From: an uncultured Spirochaeta sp.
GTDB lineage: Bacteria; Spirochaetota; Spirochaetia; DSM-27196; Alkalispirochaetaceae
Reading direction: 5' to 3'
NCBI GenBank assembly: GCA_964419735.1
Contig: CAYQRW010000001.1
Coordinates: 1-43,148 of the forward strand
DNA: 43,148 bases
Positions 16,289-26,073 of this stretch are shown one piece after another. The notes under the pieces are model-generated. The model ran no database searches, had not been told where the DNA came from, and was given only the letters and a program-made list of their open reading frames with translations. The translations under genes and the position numbers were made by a program. Positions within the stretch are counted from its first letter, which is position 1. Each line of letters starts with the position of its first letter.

Positions 16289-17928
16289 CAGAGTTATCTA
16301 CCCGTGTTCTTATCGTTGGAGGGAGCCTTGGTGCCGTGGCCGCCGCACTCAGTTGTGGCCGCATCGGTGTTCCTGCGATGGTGGTCTCCGAACAGCAATG
16401 GCTTGGCGGTCAATTGACCTCCCAGGGCGTCCCTCCGGACGAGCATCCCTGGATTGAAAGCACCGGTGCGACTACTACGTACCGGGAACTACGACACCGG
16501 ATCCGCGAAACATATCGACGCATGGGCATCGTGACGGAGATGGCCCGACTTAATCCGACACTCAATCCGGGTGGCGGGCACGTTTCACCGGTTACCCATG
16601 ATCCACGGGTGGCGGTAGCGGTAATCGAGGAAATGCTTCTGCCGTATCGCATGTCCGGGGTCCTCGATGTGAGGAGGGGAATCGAGCCGGTGGCGGTCGC
16701 TACCGATCGCGACCGTATCACTGCGGTTGACTTCGGATCGTTCACCGTGACCGCGGAGTTCGTCTTGGATGCCACCGAGACTGGTGTGCTCCTGCCGCTT
16801 GCCGGCGTGGAGTACCGGATTGGGGCGGAATCACGAGACGATTTCGAGGAGCCCCATGCACCAGCTGAGGCGCAGCCAGAGAACCAGCAGGCGATCAGTT
16901 GGTGTTGCGCGCTTCGATATCGGAGTGACGGGAGCGCCCGGCCGGTAGCGCGACCGGATGTCTACGAGGAGTGGAAGACTCGTGTGGCATCCCATTGGCC
17001 GGGTCCTCAGTTGTCGTTTGACGTGGTGGACCCGTTCACCATGAAGCCGCGAACGAGTCGGTTGTTCGGAACCGGCGACGATCCAATGTCGCGAGACGGC
17101 GGATTGTGGATTTACCGGCGGATCGCAAGCCCGCGGAACCTTACCGGCGAACTGAGTTTTACCGACATGACGATCCTCAATTGGCCCATGATCGACTACT
17201 GGGATGCTCCGATTGTGGATAATCCGTCGGCTTCTACCGCGTTGGCGGACGCCCGAGGCCTCACCCTGAGTTTTGTCCATTGGCTGCAGACTGAGGCCCC
17301 GCGTCCCGATGGGGGAGCGGGATACCCCGAAGTTGAACTGGCAGCGGACGTGTTTGAGACCGATCACGGTCTGGCCCGGGACGCGTACTACCGGGAATCG
17401 CGACGAATCGTGGCGCTCACCACGATCACGGAGAACGATATTGCCTCCGGTGTTCGCGGAGGTGCCGGTGGTTCAGGACACGCTCAGCAGTTCGAGGATT
17501 CAGTAGGACTTGCCAGTTACCGGATTGACCTGCACCCCAGTACCGGCGGTGATTCCTATATCGACATCGAGTCCTATCCCGCGCAGATTCCCTTAAGGGC
17601 ACTTATCCCGCAGCGCGTTACCAATCTTGTGGCGGCCTCCAAGAACATTGGGACTACTCACCTCTCCAACGGGATGTACCGCGTGCATCCGGCGGAGTGG
17701 AACGTCGGGGAGGCCGCCGGCGCGCTTGCCTCCTGGTGCGCGCTGCACGACCGAAAACCGGCAGAGATCGCGGAGCGCAGCGAGCTGACCTCCGAATTTC
17801 AGCTCATGCTGCACGACCGGCTCGGATTTGAGCTGGAATGGCCGCCGTATATCCGTACGGTTGCACGATTCGTTCCCCAGCTGCAGTGGACGATTCGCGA
17901 GAAGCGCTCCGGATGGCACACCGGCTGA
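16285..17928 (+). CDS. FAD-dependent oxidoreductase (PF12831-type), paralog B
   Basis: 'VLIVGGSLGAVAAA', 'LGGQLTSQGV', 'LDATETG', 'YYRESRRI', 'QIPLRALIP', 'YRVHPAEWNVGEAAG'. Confidence 0.85.
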   Translation: MTELSTRVLIVGGSLGAVAAALSCGRIGVPAMVVSEQQWLGGQLTSQGVPPDEHPWIESTGATTTYRELRHRIRETYRRMGIVTEMARLNPTLNPGGGHVSPVTHDPRVAVAVIEEMLLPYRMSGVLDVRRGIEPVAVATDRDRITAVDFGSFTVTAEFVLDATETGVLLPLAGVEYRIGAESRDDFEEPHAPAEAQPENQQAISWCCALRYRSDGSARPVARPDVYEEWKTRVASHWPGPQLSFDVVDPFTMKPRTSRLFGTGDDPMSRDGGLWIYRRIASPRNLTGELSFTDMTILNWPMIDYWDAPIVDNPSASTALADARGLTLSFVHWLQTEAPRPDGGAGYPEVELAADVFETDHGLARDAYYRESRRIVALTTITENDIASGVRGGAGGSGHAQQFEDSVGLASYRIDLHPSTGGDSYIDIESYPAQIPLRALIPQRVTNLVAASKNIGTTHLSNGMYRVHPAEWNVGEAAGALASWCALHDRKPAEIAERSELTSEFQLMLHDRLGFELEWPPYIRTVARFVPQLQWTIREKRSGWHTG

Positions 17929-17942
17929 ATCGGGAGGACACG

Positions 17943-19316
17943 ATGAAATCTGAATCTGACGCAACAGACAACACCAATATCATCTGGATCTTTGGTGATC
18001 AGCATCGCGCGCAGGCGCTGAGTTGCAACCAAGACCCAAACGTTTCTACCCCGAATATCGATACACTGGCCGCGCAGGGCGTGCATTTCGATCAGGCGGT
18101 AGCGACGTACCCATTGTGCTGCCCCGCCCGCGGATCACTGCTGACCGGTCGCTATCCGCACCACGCGGTCCCCGGGCATGAGTATCCTCTATCGCCGGAG
18201 ATCCCAACCGTAGCCGATGCGTTCAATGAAGCGGGATACGATACGGCGTACTTCGGGAAGTGGCACGTTGATGGCTTCCATGAGTCCGAAGGACGGGCGG
18301 CGATGCACACCGTGCCACGGGCGCGCCGTGGGCGGTTTAAGACGTGGTTAGGCTATGAAAACAACAACAGCCAGTGGGACAGCTATCTGCACGGCCATCA
18401 AGGCGATGAGGAAGTTCCTCACTTCCGACTGCCCGGATACGAGACCGATGAACTGACCACCCGTTTCGTAGAATACCTCGCGAGTCGGGCCGGGAAGACG
18501 GAGCCGTTCTTCGCAGTGTTGTCCGTACAACCTCCGCATGACCCGTACGTGGCACCACCGAACTACATGGGGCGACACCGACCGGCCGATATCACTCTCC
18601 GCGACAACGTCCCTCCGGTGGAGTCCGTCCGGGAGGCTGCACGGAGGGAGTTGGCCGGCTACTACGGGATGATCGAAAACCTCGACGACGCCGTGGAACG
18701 GATACGGAAGGTTCTCGACGAAACTGATCTGGTTGACAGTACCCGTATCGTCTTCTTCAGCGATCATGGTGACATGCACGGATCACACGGACAGTTTCGC
18801 AAGATGACCGCATACGAGGAAGCGGTCAGGGTTCCCTGCATCATCAGCGGTCTGGGCCGGTACTCAGCGATGCGGCGCACATCCCGCGTACCGTGGTTGA
18901 TTGGGCAGCCTGATCTTGCGCCAACGACGCTTGGGCTGTGTGGAATCAGACCGCCCGAGTCGATGGAAGGTTTCGACTACTCCCCATGGGTTCTTCAGGC
19001 GGAAGGCGGAGTTCACCGAGCGGATACGGCTCTCCCCGGCGAACCGCCCGCGGAGGCGCTCATCCAGTCGGTGATCCCCACAGGCCACGGCAACAGTGTA
19101 GATCGACCCTGGCGGGGGGTTGTCACCCACGACGGGTGGAAACTCGCCGTATTCGAGAAGACCCCGTGGCTGATGTTCAACCTTACGGACGATCCGATGG
19201 AGCTGGTGAACCTTGCGCACAACCCACGCTATCACCATGAACGCCGGCGGTTGTACCAGAAACTAGAGAGACTTCTGGAGAAGGTGGGAGACGACTTTGA
19301 ACTGGGAGAATTCTGA
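17943..19316 (+). CDS. Formylglycine-dependent (S1, Cys-type) sulfatase
   Basis: 'IFGDQHR', CxPxR 'LCCPARGSLLTGRY', 'GKWH', 'SDHGD'. GGAGG SD before ATG 17943. No signal peptide. Confidence 0.92.
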   Translation: MKSESDATDNTNIIWIFGDQHRAQALSCNQDPNVSTPNIDTLAAQGVHFDQAVATYPLCCPARGSLLTGRYPHHAVPGHEYPLSPEIPTVADAFNEAGYDTAYFGKWHVDGFHESEGRAAMHTVPRARRGRFKTWLGYENNNSQWDSYLHGHQGDEEVPHFRLPGYETDELTTRFVEYLASRAGKTEPFFAVLSVQPPHDPYVAPPNYMGRHRPADITLRDNVPPVESVREAARRELAGYYGMIENLDDAVERIRKVLDETDLVDSTRIVFFSDHGDMHGSHGQFRKMTAYEEAVRVPCIISGLGRYSAMRRTSRVPWLIGQPDLAPTTLGLCGIRPPESMEGFDYSPWVLQAEGGVHRADTALPGEPPAEALIQSVIPTGHGNSVDRPWRGVVTHDGWKLAVFEKTPWLMFNLTDDPMELVNLAHNPRYHHERRRLYQKLERLLEKVGDDFELGEF

Positions 19317-20931
19317 ACCTCGGAACGTGCGACGGGAGGCAGCGGTGGTGGATCTTATCGTGTACGGAGCTACCCCGGGTGGGGTCTGCGCCGCGTGCGT
19401 AGCTGCTGAAGAGGGGCTTACGGTACGCTTGATCGATTCCAGTCCCGTTGTCGGCGGGCATTGGACCAACGGCATCTGCACCACCGAATGCGAACACATG
19501 CTGCCGATTACCTTCGGCGGATGGATGATGAAGCTATTGCGGCGTTTTGGCGCCTGGTACGGGATCGATGCGCCGCTTCATCGGTGGGAGCCCCACGTCG
19601 CGCAACGCGTCATGGAAGACTTCTTGGCGGAACATAACATCGCCGTAGAACTCAACGCGCGGATCATCCGCGCCCGGATGCGCGCAACGCGTCCCGGGCG
19701 AACCATCGACGCGATTGAGCTGTCTACGGGAGCCGTCTATGGAGCACACCAATTTATGGACTGTTCCTATGAGGGAGACCTGATGGCCGCCGCCGGCGTG
19801 TCCTATCGCGTCGGGCGGGAAGGACGAGATGAGTATGGTGAATCACTCGCCGGTATCCGCTTTATTGACTCCCTTGATGAGGTCAGAAATACCAAGGGCC
19901 ACGCAATGCTTGTGGACGAGATCTGGGACGTCGATCTGCGAGCGCCGGGAGGTGGACTCATCGATGGAGTGGAGGCGGTCGACCCAGATTCGCTTCAACC
20001 AGGCGCCGCGCACCATTTGACGATGAACTACCATTTTCGGGCGACGGTTTCCTCCGATTCGAGTCGCGTCCCGTTTCCTCGTCCCTCCGGATACCGGGAG
20101 GAACGCTTCGAAATTCTGAAACGTTATATCGCATCACGGTCCGACATCGGCTTCTGGGATGTTGTTGGCTATTTGAAACATCCTTCAGGTCGCTATATTC
20201 CGGGTGAAGATAGCATCCCGGGATATACCGGCGTGGAGCCGGGAACCAAGTGGGAACTCAACAACAAACAGGCGTCGATTCTCTCTCTGGGTCATTTAGG
20301 CGGGCAGGCGGGATATCCCGATGGAACGTGGAGTGAGCGGGAAGCGATCATCGCTGATCACTACGAGTACAACGCCGGTCTGTTGTATTGCCTGGAGCAC
20401 AGCACGGAAATACCGCGTCGCATCAGAGATGAGGCGCAGCGGTGGGGACTGGCCGCCGATGAGTACACTCCCAACGGCAACTGGCCGTGGCGACCCTACG
20501 TCCGGGAGACGCGGCGGATGGTGGGGGCATACGTGATGACGCAGCACGATGTTATCCACGAGCGCGATAAACCCGACAATGTCCTGTGGAATTCCCATTG
20601 GATCGACAGTCACCACGTGCGGCGCGTGGCCCTTGACGATCACCATTTTCGCAATGAAGGGCGAATCTGGCATGAACTCATACAGCCCTACGCCGTGCCA
20701 TACCGGGCGCTCCTTCCCCGTGGTGAGGAGGTGGCGAACCTGTTGGTTCCGGGGTGTCTCTCCGCAACCCATGTGGCGTTTTCTTCAGTGCGACTTGAAA
20801 GCACGTGGATGGGACTGGGAGAAGCCGCGGCGTGCGCGGCGGCGCAAGCGCGAAAACGGGACACGGGTGTAGCTGATATCAGCGTGGCAGACCTGCAGCG
20901 TCGCTTGCGTCAACGGGGTATCACGTTATGA
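19297..20931 (+). CDS. FAD-dependent oxidoreductase (PF12831-type), paralog C
   Basis: 'DLIVYGATPGG', 'DCSYEGDLMAAAGV', 'PYVRETRRMVG', 'SATHVAFSSVRLE'. Real start is probably GTG 19345/19348 after GGAGG. Confidence 0.85.
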   Translation: MNWENSEPRNVRREAAVVDLIVYGATPGGVCAACVAAEEGLTVRLIDSSPVVGGHWTNGICTTECEHMLPITFGGWMMKLLRRFGAWYGIDAPLHRWEPHVAQRVMEDFLAEHNIAVELNARIIRARMRATRPGRTIDAIELSTGAVYGAHQFMDCSYEGDLMAAAGVSYRVGREGRDEYGESLAGIRFIDSLDEVRNTKGHAMLVDEIWDVDLRAPGGGLIDGVEAVDPDSLQPGAAHHLTMNYHFRATVSSDSSRVPFPRPSGYREERFEILKRYIASRSDIGFWDVVGYLKHPSGRYIPGEDSIPGYTGVEPGTKWELNNKQASILSLGHLGGQAGYPDGTWSEREAIIADHYEYNAGLLYCLEHSTEIPRRIRDEAQRWGLAADEYTPNGNWPWRPYVRETRRMVGAYVMTQHDVIHERDKPDNVLWNSHWIDSHHVRRVALDDHHFRNEGRIWHELIQPYAVPYRALLPRGEEVANLLVPGCLSATHVAFSSVRLESTWMGLGEAAACAAAQARKRDTGVADISVADLQRRLRQRGITL

Positions 20932-23231
20932 CCGATGCGTGGCGGTGGACCGATGAGGGCTACGTAGAAGTCAGTGATCCTCGCATCGGTGGGACCTGGT
21001 GGAACTACCTGTTCAACGATCACACGTACATCCGCGTAGATGGCTTTGGAAATGGGGCCAGCTTTGCCCGAGAGCCGCGTATTCAGCAGTGGGGCAGGGG
21101 CCGGCGGGAGCTCTGGGTACGCTTTGCTGATGATGGCGCTACCTGGTGTCCCACAGGTTCACCGATTCCGCAGCCCGGTGCACAATGGCGCGTGATTCAT
21201 GCGCCGTGCTGGACGCGAATCGAAGCGCGGTGGCGCGATCTTGTGGTCCAGTGGCAGGCGATGGTGCCGCGCACTGGACAGCGCGAGGTCTGGACTGTTC
21301 GCCTGATCAACCGCGGGAGGCGCCCTCAATCAGTGAGCGTGACGACCGCTCTCTTCCAGCCTGCAGCGGGGGTTATGGGATCCCAGGGGCACTGGGACGC
21401 GGAGCGCGGCATGCTTCTGCGCCACGATTTTCCTCATCACGCCGCGTGGGAGGACTACTACGATCTGGCCGGAATGGCGAACTGGTTGTTTGTGGTCCCA
21501 ACGCGCTCGCCGCACCGGTGGGCCGCCTGCGATCGGGACTTCCTGGGAACCAGCCCACCCGGTGACGCGCCGGAGGGCGTGCGTACCGGACTGCCCTCGC
21601 GCCCGGCAGCGCTTGAATCCTCCTGCGCCGCGCTCCAGTATGACGTTGAGCTTGTGGCGGATGCGCAGTGGGAGCTTTCCTTGATCGCCGGCGCGGTGGC
21701 GGACCCCGACGAGGCTCCAATAGCCGATCTCCTCACCGATGGTGCCATTGCGCAGGAAACAAAGGCGCTGGAGGACGCGTGGCGGGTAGAAGAACGCAGT
21801 CTTATCATCAACACGCCGGATCCCGATCTGGACCGGTTCGTAAACCGGTGGTGGAAAAAGGAGCTGTTGTGGGAGGCGCGACTGTGGCGCAACGGCATCA
21901 GTACTCCTTGGCGCAATGAGCTGCAGGACGCGATGGGATATACCACCTTCAACCCGGCGGCGGCTTGGCCGTACTTGCGGACAGTCACGGCCGCGCAGAC
22001 CCAGGACGGCCACTTACACGTATGGAATACGCGCCCCGGAGAGAAGCCAAACCATCCTTTGGTCCGATTTACCCATAATGACGGCGGCATCTGGCTGATC
22101 ATCTGCTGGTGCGTCAGTGTGCAACAAGCGGGCGACATAGCATCGCTTTCCGAGGATCTGCCATTTGCCGACGGTGGCAGCGCCCCACTAATGGAACACC
22201 TACGCCGGGCATTGGAGGAGCGCTTCGCCGATCGCGGTGAGCATGGGCTGGTCCGAATGCGCGACGGTGACTGGACCGATCCGATGAATGGGCCCGGAAG
22301 ACGGGGCTACGGTGAAAGCGGGTGGGCAACGATGGCACTTGCCTACGCGGCCCATCTGTTGCAACCGTTGGCCGCGACCTACGGTGACGAAACGCTTGCG
22401 CAGCGCTGTTCCCAGATCGCCGATGAACTGAATGCGGTTACACGTGACCAACTTTGGACGGGCGACCGTTTCGCCTACGGAATCGACGATGATGGCCGGC
22501 GTTTTGGCGATGACGCCGATCGTCGCGTGTGGCTCAACCCGCAGTCCTGGGCCATCCTGAGTGGAAGCGCAAACCTGGAGCAGGCGCGTGCCTGCGCTAC
22601 GACCGTAGACTCGCAGCTCGCCACCCGATGCGGCCCCCGAATTCTCGCGCCTCCGTTTCGCGGGTGGAATCCGCAGGTAGGGCGGCTCAGCTTGAAGGTA
22701 CCCGGTGGCACGGAGAACGGCAGCATTTACTGCCACGCCGCCGCGTTTTGGGCGGCAGCGCAAGTGGCGATGGGCGACGCGGACGGAGCCTATGATACTT
22801 TGTGCCGGGTGCTTCCCACCAATTCGGAGAACCCGGTTGAGCATAGCGGGCAACCGCCATTCTGGCAGCACAACGCGTGGTTTGGGGATCAAAATCACCC
22901 GAGTTTCGGACGTAGTAGCGGGACGCTCGGCACCGGGACGGTTGCGTGGGGTATGTTGATCGTCGTCGAGCATATTCTCGGCGTTCGGGCTACCGTTGAC
23001 GGGCTCGTCTTGGCGCCGAACCTCCCGACATCGTGGACCCATGTTCGAATCGAGCGATTACTGCGCGGTTGTCGATACTATGTGGAAATCCGCGTTGACC
23101 TGCCGGTGGGGAGCCCTGCGAAGGTGGTTGTGGACGGCGAACTCCTGCCTACCGACAGAGATAATCCCATTCGCGTGTCGTGGCGAGACTCTGACAGCTG
23201 TACCGTTCTGCTCCAAATGGCCGGAAGATAG
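20928..23231 (+). CDS. GH94-family glycoside phosphorylase (divergent)
   Basis: 'WWNYLFN', 'WRNELQD', catalytic-acid motif 'GDWTD', 'WLNPQSWAIL', 'GTENGSIYCHA', 'GTVAW'. Confidence 0.85.
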   Translation: MTDAWRWTDEGYVEVSDPRIGGTWWNYLFNDHTYIRVDGFGNGASFAREPRIQQWGRGRRELWVRFADDGATWCPTGSPIPQPGAQWRVIHAPCWTRIEARWRDLVVQWQAMVPRTGQREVWTVRLINRGRRPQSVSVTTALFQPAAGVMGSQGHWDAERGMLLRHDFPHHAAWEDYYDLAGMANWLFVVPTRSPHRWAACDRDFLGTSPPGDAPEGVRTGLPSRPAALESSCAALQYDVELVADAQWELSLIAGAVADPDEAPIADLLTDGAIAQETKALEDAWRVEERSLIINTPDPDLDRFVNRWWKKELLWEARLWRNGISTPWRNELQDAMGYTTFNPAAAWPYLRTVTAAQTQDGHLHVWNTRPGEKPNHPLVRFTHNDGGIWLIICWCVSVQQAGDIASLSEDLPFADGGSAPLMEHLRRALEERFADRGEHGLVRMRDGDWTDPMNGPGRRGYGESGWATMALAYAAHLLQPLAATYGDETLAQRCSQIADELNAVTRDQLWTGDRFAYGIDDDGRRFGDDADRRVWLNPQSWAILSGSANLEQARACATTVDSQLATRCGPRILAPPFRGWNPQVGRLSLKVPGGTENGSIYCHAAAFWAAAQVAMGDADGAYDTLCRVLPTNSENPVEHSGQPPFWQHNAWFGDQNHPSFGRSSGTLGTGTVAWGMLIVVEHILGVRATVDGLVLAPNLPTSWTHVRIERLLRGCRYYVEIRVDLPVGSPAKVVVDGELLPTDRDNPIRVSWRDSDSCTVLLQMAGR

Positions 23232-23242
23232 TAATGTGGCGA

Positions 23243-25924
23243 TTACACCAGACCCAACTCGTACGTTCCCGGCTCGGTAAGTAGGAGCGATCCGTCGCTC
23301 TGTCTCGTGGGGGGTGAGGTAGCTTCAGCTGGTGCGCTCGTTACGGACCAGCGCTCGTGATGGAAGCCCTCAGGAATCTCCACACCGGCCTGAACGCCCG
23401 GAGGAAGCGTTATCTCGATGTGGTATTCGGTTGGTTCCCACATTACCCAGACCGAGCCCTTCGGGGTCATTGTGTGACCGGCGACAAAGGGCAGTCCCGC
23501 AGCGTCCGGACAGATGCGAATCTCCCCACCGCCGGCACGCGTGATGTGTACGCCGAGGAGGTTCTCGTGGAGCCACAGCAGGGGAATGGCTGCCCAGCCG
23601 TGGGATCCCGTGTCATCGCTCGGTTGCGCGTCATTAACCGGCGGGGTGCCGCCCGGTGTGGCCGTATCCCACGGGCCCTGCTCAATCGGGGCTAACCCGA
23701 TGTCCTCCCGACGTACCTGATACTCCGGAAGTGGACCGCCCTGCGCTCCCTGCAGGTGTATCGGAATGGGGTTTCTCGGATGGCGGGGAAGATATGGCGC
23801 CATCCGCTCCCGGAGATGGCGGACTGCGCGCTGCGAGCGTCCGAACTGAGAGAGGACGGAAAGCACGCGACCGGAATAGCTTGGATTATTCCATCTAACC
23901 ACACCGGGTGGAGGGCTTCCCACGGGATCTGGGAAGACGGCGTCTATGGCGTTCCGCGCTTCCTCGTCGGAGAGCAGGCCGATCTGCAACGCGAAAGTAT
24001 GGCTCGCCTGCGAAATTCCGCGCGGATGGGCGTTGTCAACATACGCCGGGTGGGGCGATGTATCGTTCTCACTTCCCGGCTTGTGATGCAGGATATCGGT
24101 AATGAGGGCGGGACACGCAATCGGCGGAGTGCATTCGTCACCGGGGACGACAAAGTGGTTTCTGTAGCTCGACCTGAGGGTCGCGGCTGCTTCACCCCAG
24201 GAGTGGGCCGCTTCGGTGTTGCCAACCACGTGAGCGAGAATAACCGACCATTCCAAACGCTGAATTATCGATGGCGTAACCATCCCACTGGCGTAGTAGC
24301 TGTGCATATCGGCAGTCACCCGTATGTCTCCAAACATGAACGAGGTCGCAAGTAAACCATTTTCATCCAGGTGTGTGAGAAGTCCCTGCCAAAAGCGCTG
24401 AAGGTACGGGAAATACCTCTTTACAACCTCGGGATCACCGGTCCACATATATTCGTCGTATAACGCGGCAACCCATTGCACGGACCAATCGAAGGGAGCC
24501 GCAGGGAACGGATAGTTACTCGGCGCAAACGGATGGAAATTGCCCGCTTCGGTCTGACTTTCGGCATGGGTTCTGAGCATGAGACGTCGCAGACGCGAAT
24601 CACCAAACCAACGTTCGCTTACCAGGGCGCGCGGTCTCAAATCCTCGTCCCACTGACCGTCCTCCCGACCAGGGGTGTCGATGTAGGCATCGGTCATGGT
24701 TATTTCCGCATGGGTAAGTGCCAGCTGAACGTACTTATCGATCTCATGATCTCCACAGTTAAAGGACCCTTTCGGACGGATGGCGTACTGCGACTTCACA
24801 ACCGCTACGGAGGAGATCAGGAGCTCTGCATCGTGCTCAAAGCGGATCATGAGCTCAAGCCAGCGGCACGTCCGTTCATCCGGGATCTCGTAGGTGGTCT
24901 CCGGGCCCTGGAGCCACAGACGGTCTGCATACCCAGATCCTACGACTCCCTCGGTGTAAACCGCACCATCGTCCCGAACATGCCGTAATCCGCTGTAGAT
25001 CGAAACGGGAATCTCTCCGTATCCGAGATCGACGCTGACACGGTGATCGCAGGAACCGGTAACCGACGGATAGCCATGAACGGGTCGCCCAAAATCGAGA
25101 GTTAGGTAGAGTTGATCTCCCGCCCGGCCGCGTATCTTGACTGGGCCATGATCGCCGGGGCGGTGTACCAGGGTGGATGCTGCATCTTTTAGGGAAGGTT
25201 CAGGTGCCAGTTGCTGTGTACTGAAGGCTCTTGCCACGGCGTGCGGGTTTGCGGCCACCGCTTCATCGTCGGGGATCGGAGAGTCCACACGTCCCGCGTT
25301 CAGCACAGACTCGGCATAAACGAGGTGTTCGCGCTGGCGTGCTGTTTCCGCAGATGGGGGAGTCGCTGGAAGGAGCCCGTTCGGTACGACGACGACGGAC
25401 TTCCAGCGTTCGGCGCTCTGCGGCGGCGTCAGGGCTCCTGACATGATTATTGGAAAACGAACTCGCGAGGCGCCTCCGGCGATGCCCGTGATCTGCGCTT
25501 CATGCTCCAAGAACTGATCAGCCGGTGACCATTCCCACTCGGGTCCGGTATTTACGAACGCTGAACGGATGTAGAGACCGGCATGGGTGTTGCCGGTGCG
25601 CTGAAACGTGACTATATCGCCCCAGTTGTGGTGGAGTACCTGGATGTAGTTTGTTCCCGTGTTTAGATGTTGGAGGACATGTACGGTCGTGCTGGTGACA
25701 AATCGCTCGTCAAAACGGGTCACCTTGCGGATGACGCACGCTCCGTTAACATATACGCGGGCGTTGCTGTTGGCTGCAATTTCAAGTGTCCCGTCTTTCG
25801 GTAATTCGGTGAGCTCGAAGGCGGTTCGAAACCAGGTCCAGCGGTTGATGGGTGATGGCATCTCTCGGTCCGACCAAATCCACTGAGCGGTAGTTGTGGG
25901 TAATATTGACGGGGTGGAATTCAT
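23243..25924 (-). CDS. GH78-like alpha-L-rhamnosidase family protein
   Basis: 'AQWIW', 'WFRTAFEL', 'LDFG', 'YIDTPGREDGQW', 'SHGWAAIP', 'TPKGSV'. ATG 25924 or GTG 25930. Confidence 0.75.
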   Translation of the reverse strand: MNSTPSILPTTTAQWIWSDREMPSPINRWTWFRTAFELTELPKDGTLEIAANSNARVYVNGACVIRKVTRFDERFVTSTTVHVLQHLNTGTNYIQVLHHNWGDIVTFQRTGNTHAGLYIRSAFVNTGPEWEWSPADQFLEHEAQITGIAGGASRVRFPIIMSGALTPPQSAERWKSVVVVPNGLLPATPPSAETARQREHLVYAESVLNAGRVDSPIPDDEAVAANPHAVARAFSTQQLAPEPSLKDAASTLVHRPGDHGPVKIRGRAGDQLYLTLDFGRPVHGYPSVTGSCDHRVSVDLGYGEIPVSIYSGLRHVRDDGAVYTEGVVGSGYADRLWLQGPETTYEIPDERTCRWLELMIRFEHDAELLISSVAVVKSQYAIRPKGSFNCGDHEIDKYVQLALTHAEITMTDAYIDTPGREDGQWDEDLRPRALVSERWFGDSRLRRLMLRTHAESQTEAGNFHPFAPSNYPFPAAPFDWSVQWVAALYDEYMWTGDPEVVKRYFPYLQRFWQGLLTHLDENGLLATSFMFGDIRVTADMHSYYASGMVTPSIIQRLEWSVILAHVVGNTEAAHSWGEAAATLRSSYRNHFVVPGDECTPPIACPALITDILHHKPGSENDTSPHPAYVDNAHPRGISQASHTFALQIGLLSDEEARNAIDAVFPDPVGSPPPGVVRWNNPSYSGRVLSVLSQFGRSQRAVRHLRERMAPYLPRHPRNPIPIHLQGAQGGPLPEYQVRREDIGLAPIEQGPWDTATPGGTPPVNDAQPSDDTGSHGWAAIPLLWLHENLLGVHITRAGGGEIRICPDAAGLPFVAGHTMTPKGSVWVMWEPTEYHIEITLPPGVQAGVEIPEGFHHERWSVTSAPAEATSPPTRQSDGSLLLTEPGTYELGLV

Positions 25925-25950
25925 AGTCACTACTTCCTTTCTGAGACGCG

Positions 25951-25964
25951 GTTACCCGCGTAAC
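25951..25964. promoter_or_regulatory. LacI-type operator
   Basis: GTTACCCGCGTAAC just upstream of the GH78 SD. Confidence 0.75.
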
Positions 25965-26073
25965 TAACTACGCTGGGTAGCATCGTACGGTTGTTCCAAT
26001 TAGTCAAGAAAAACTTCGAAGAGACCGCAGGAGAATGGCGGTCGCGGTATGCCGCCTATGGCGGTACGCCCAC

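Noticed and set aside
5265..23231. Known 3-keto-glycoside oxidation/elimination pathway or glucosinolate operon
   Set aside because: A Gfo oxidoreductase and a sulfatase are present, but no TIM-barrel lyase, DUF1080 hydratase or GMC flavoprotein is visible.
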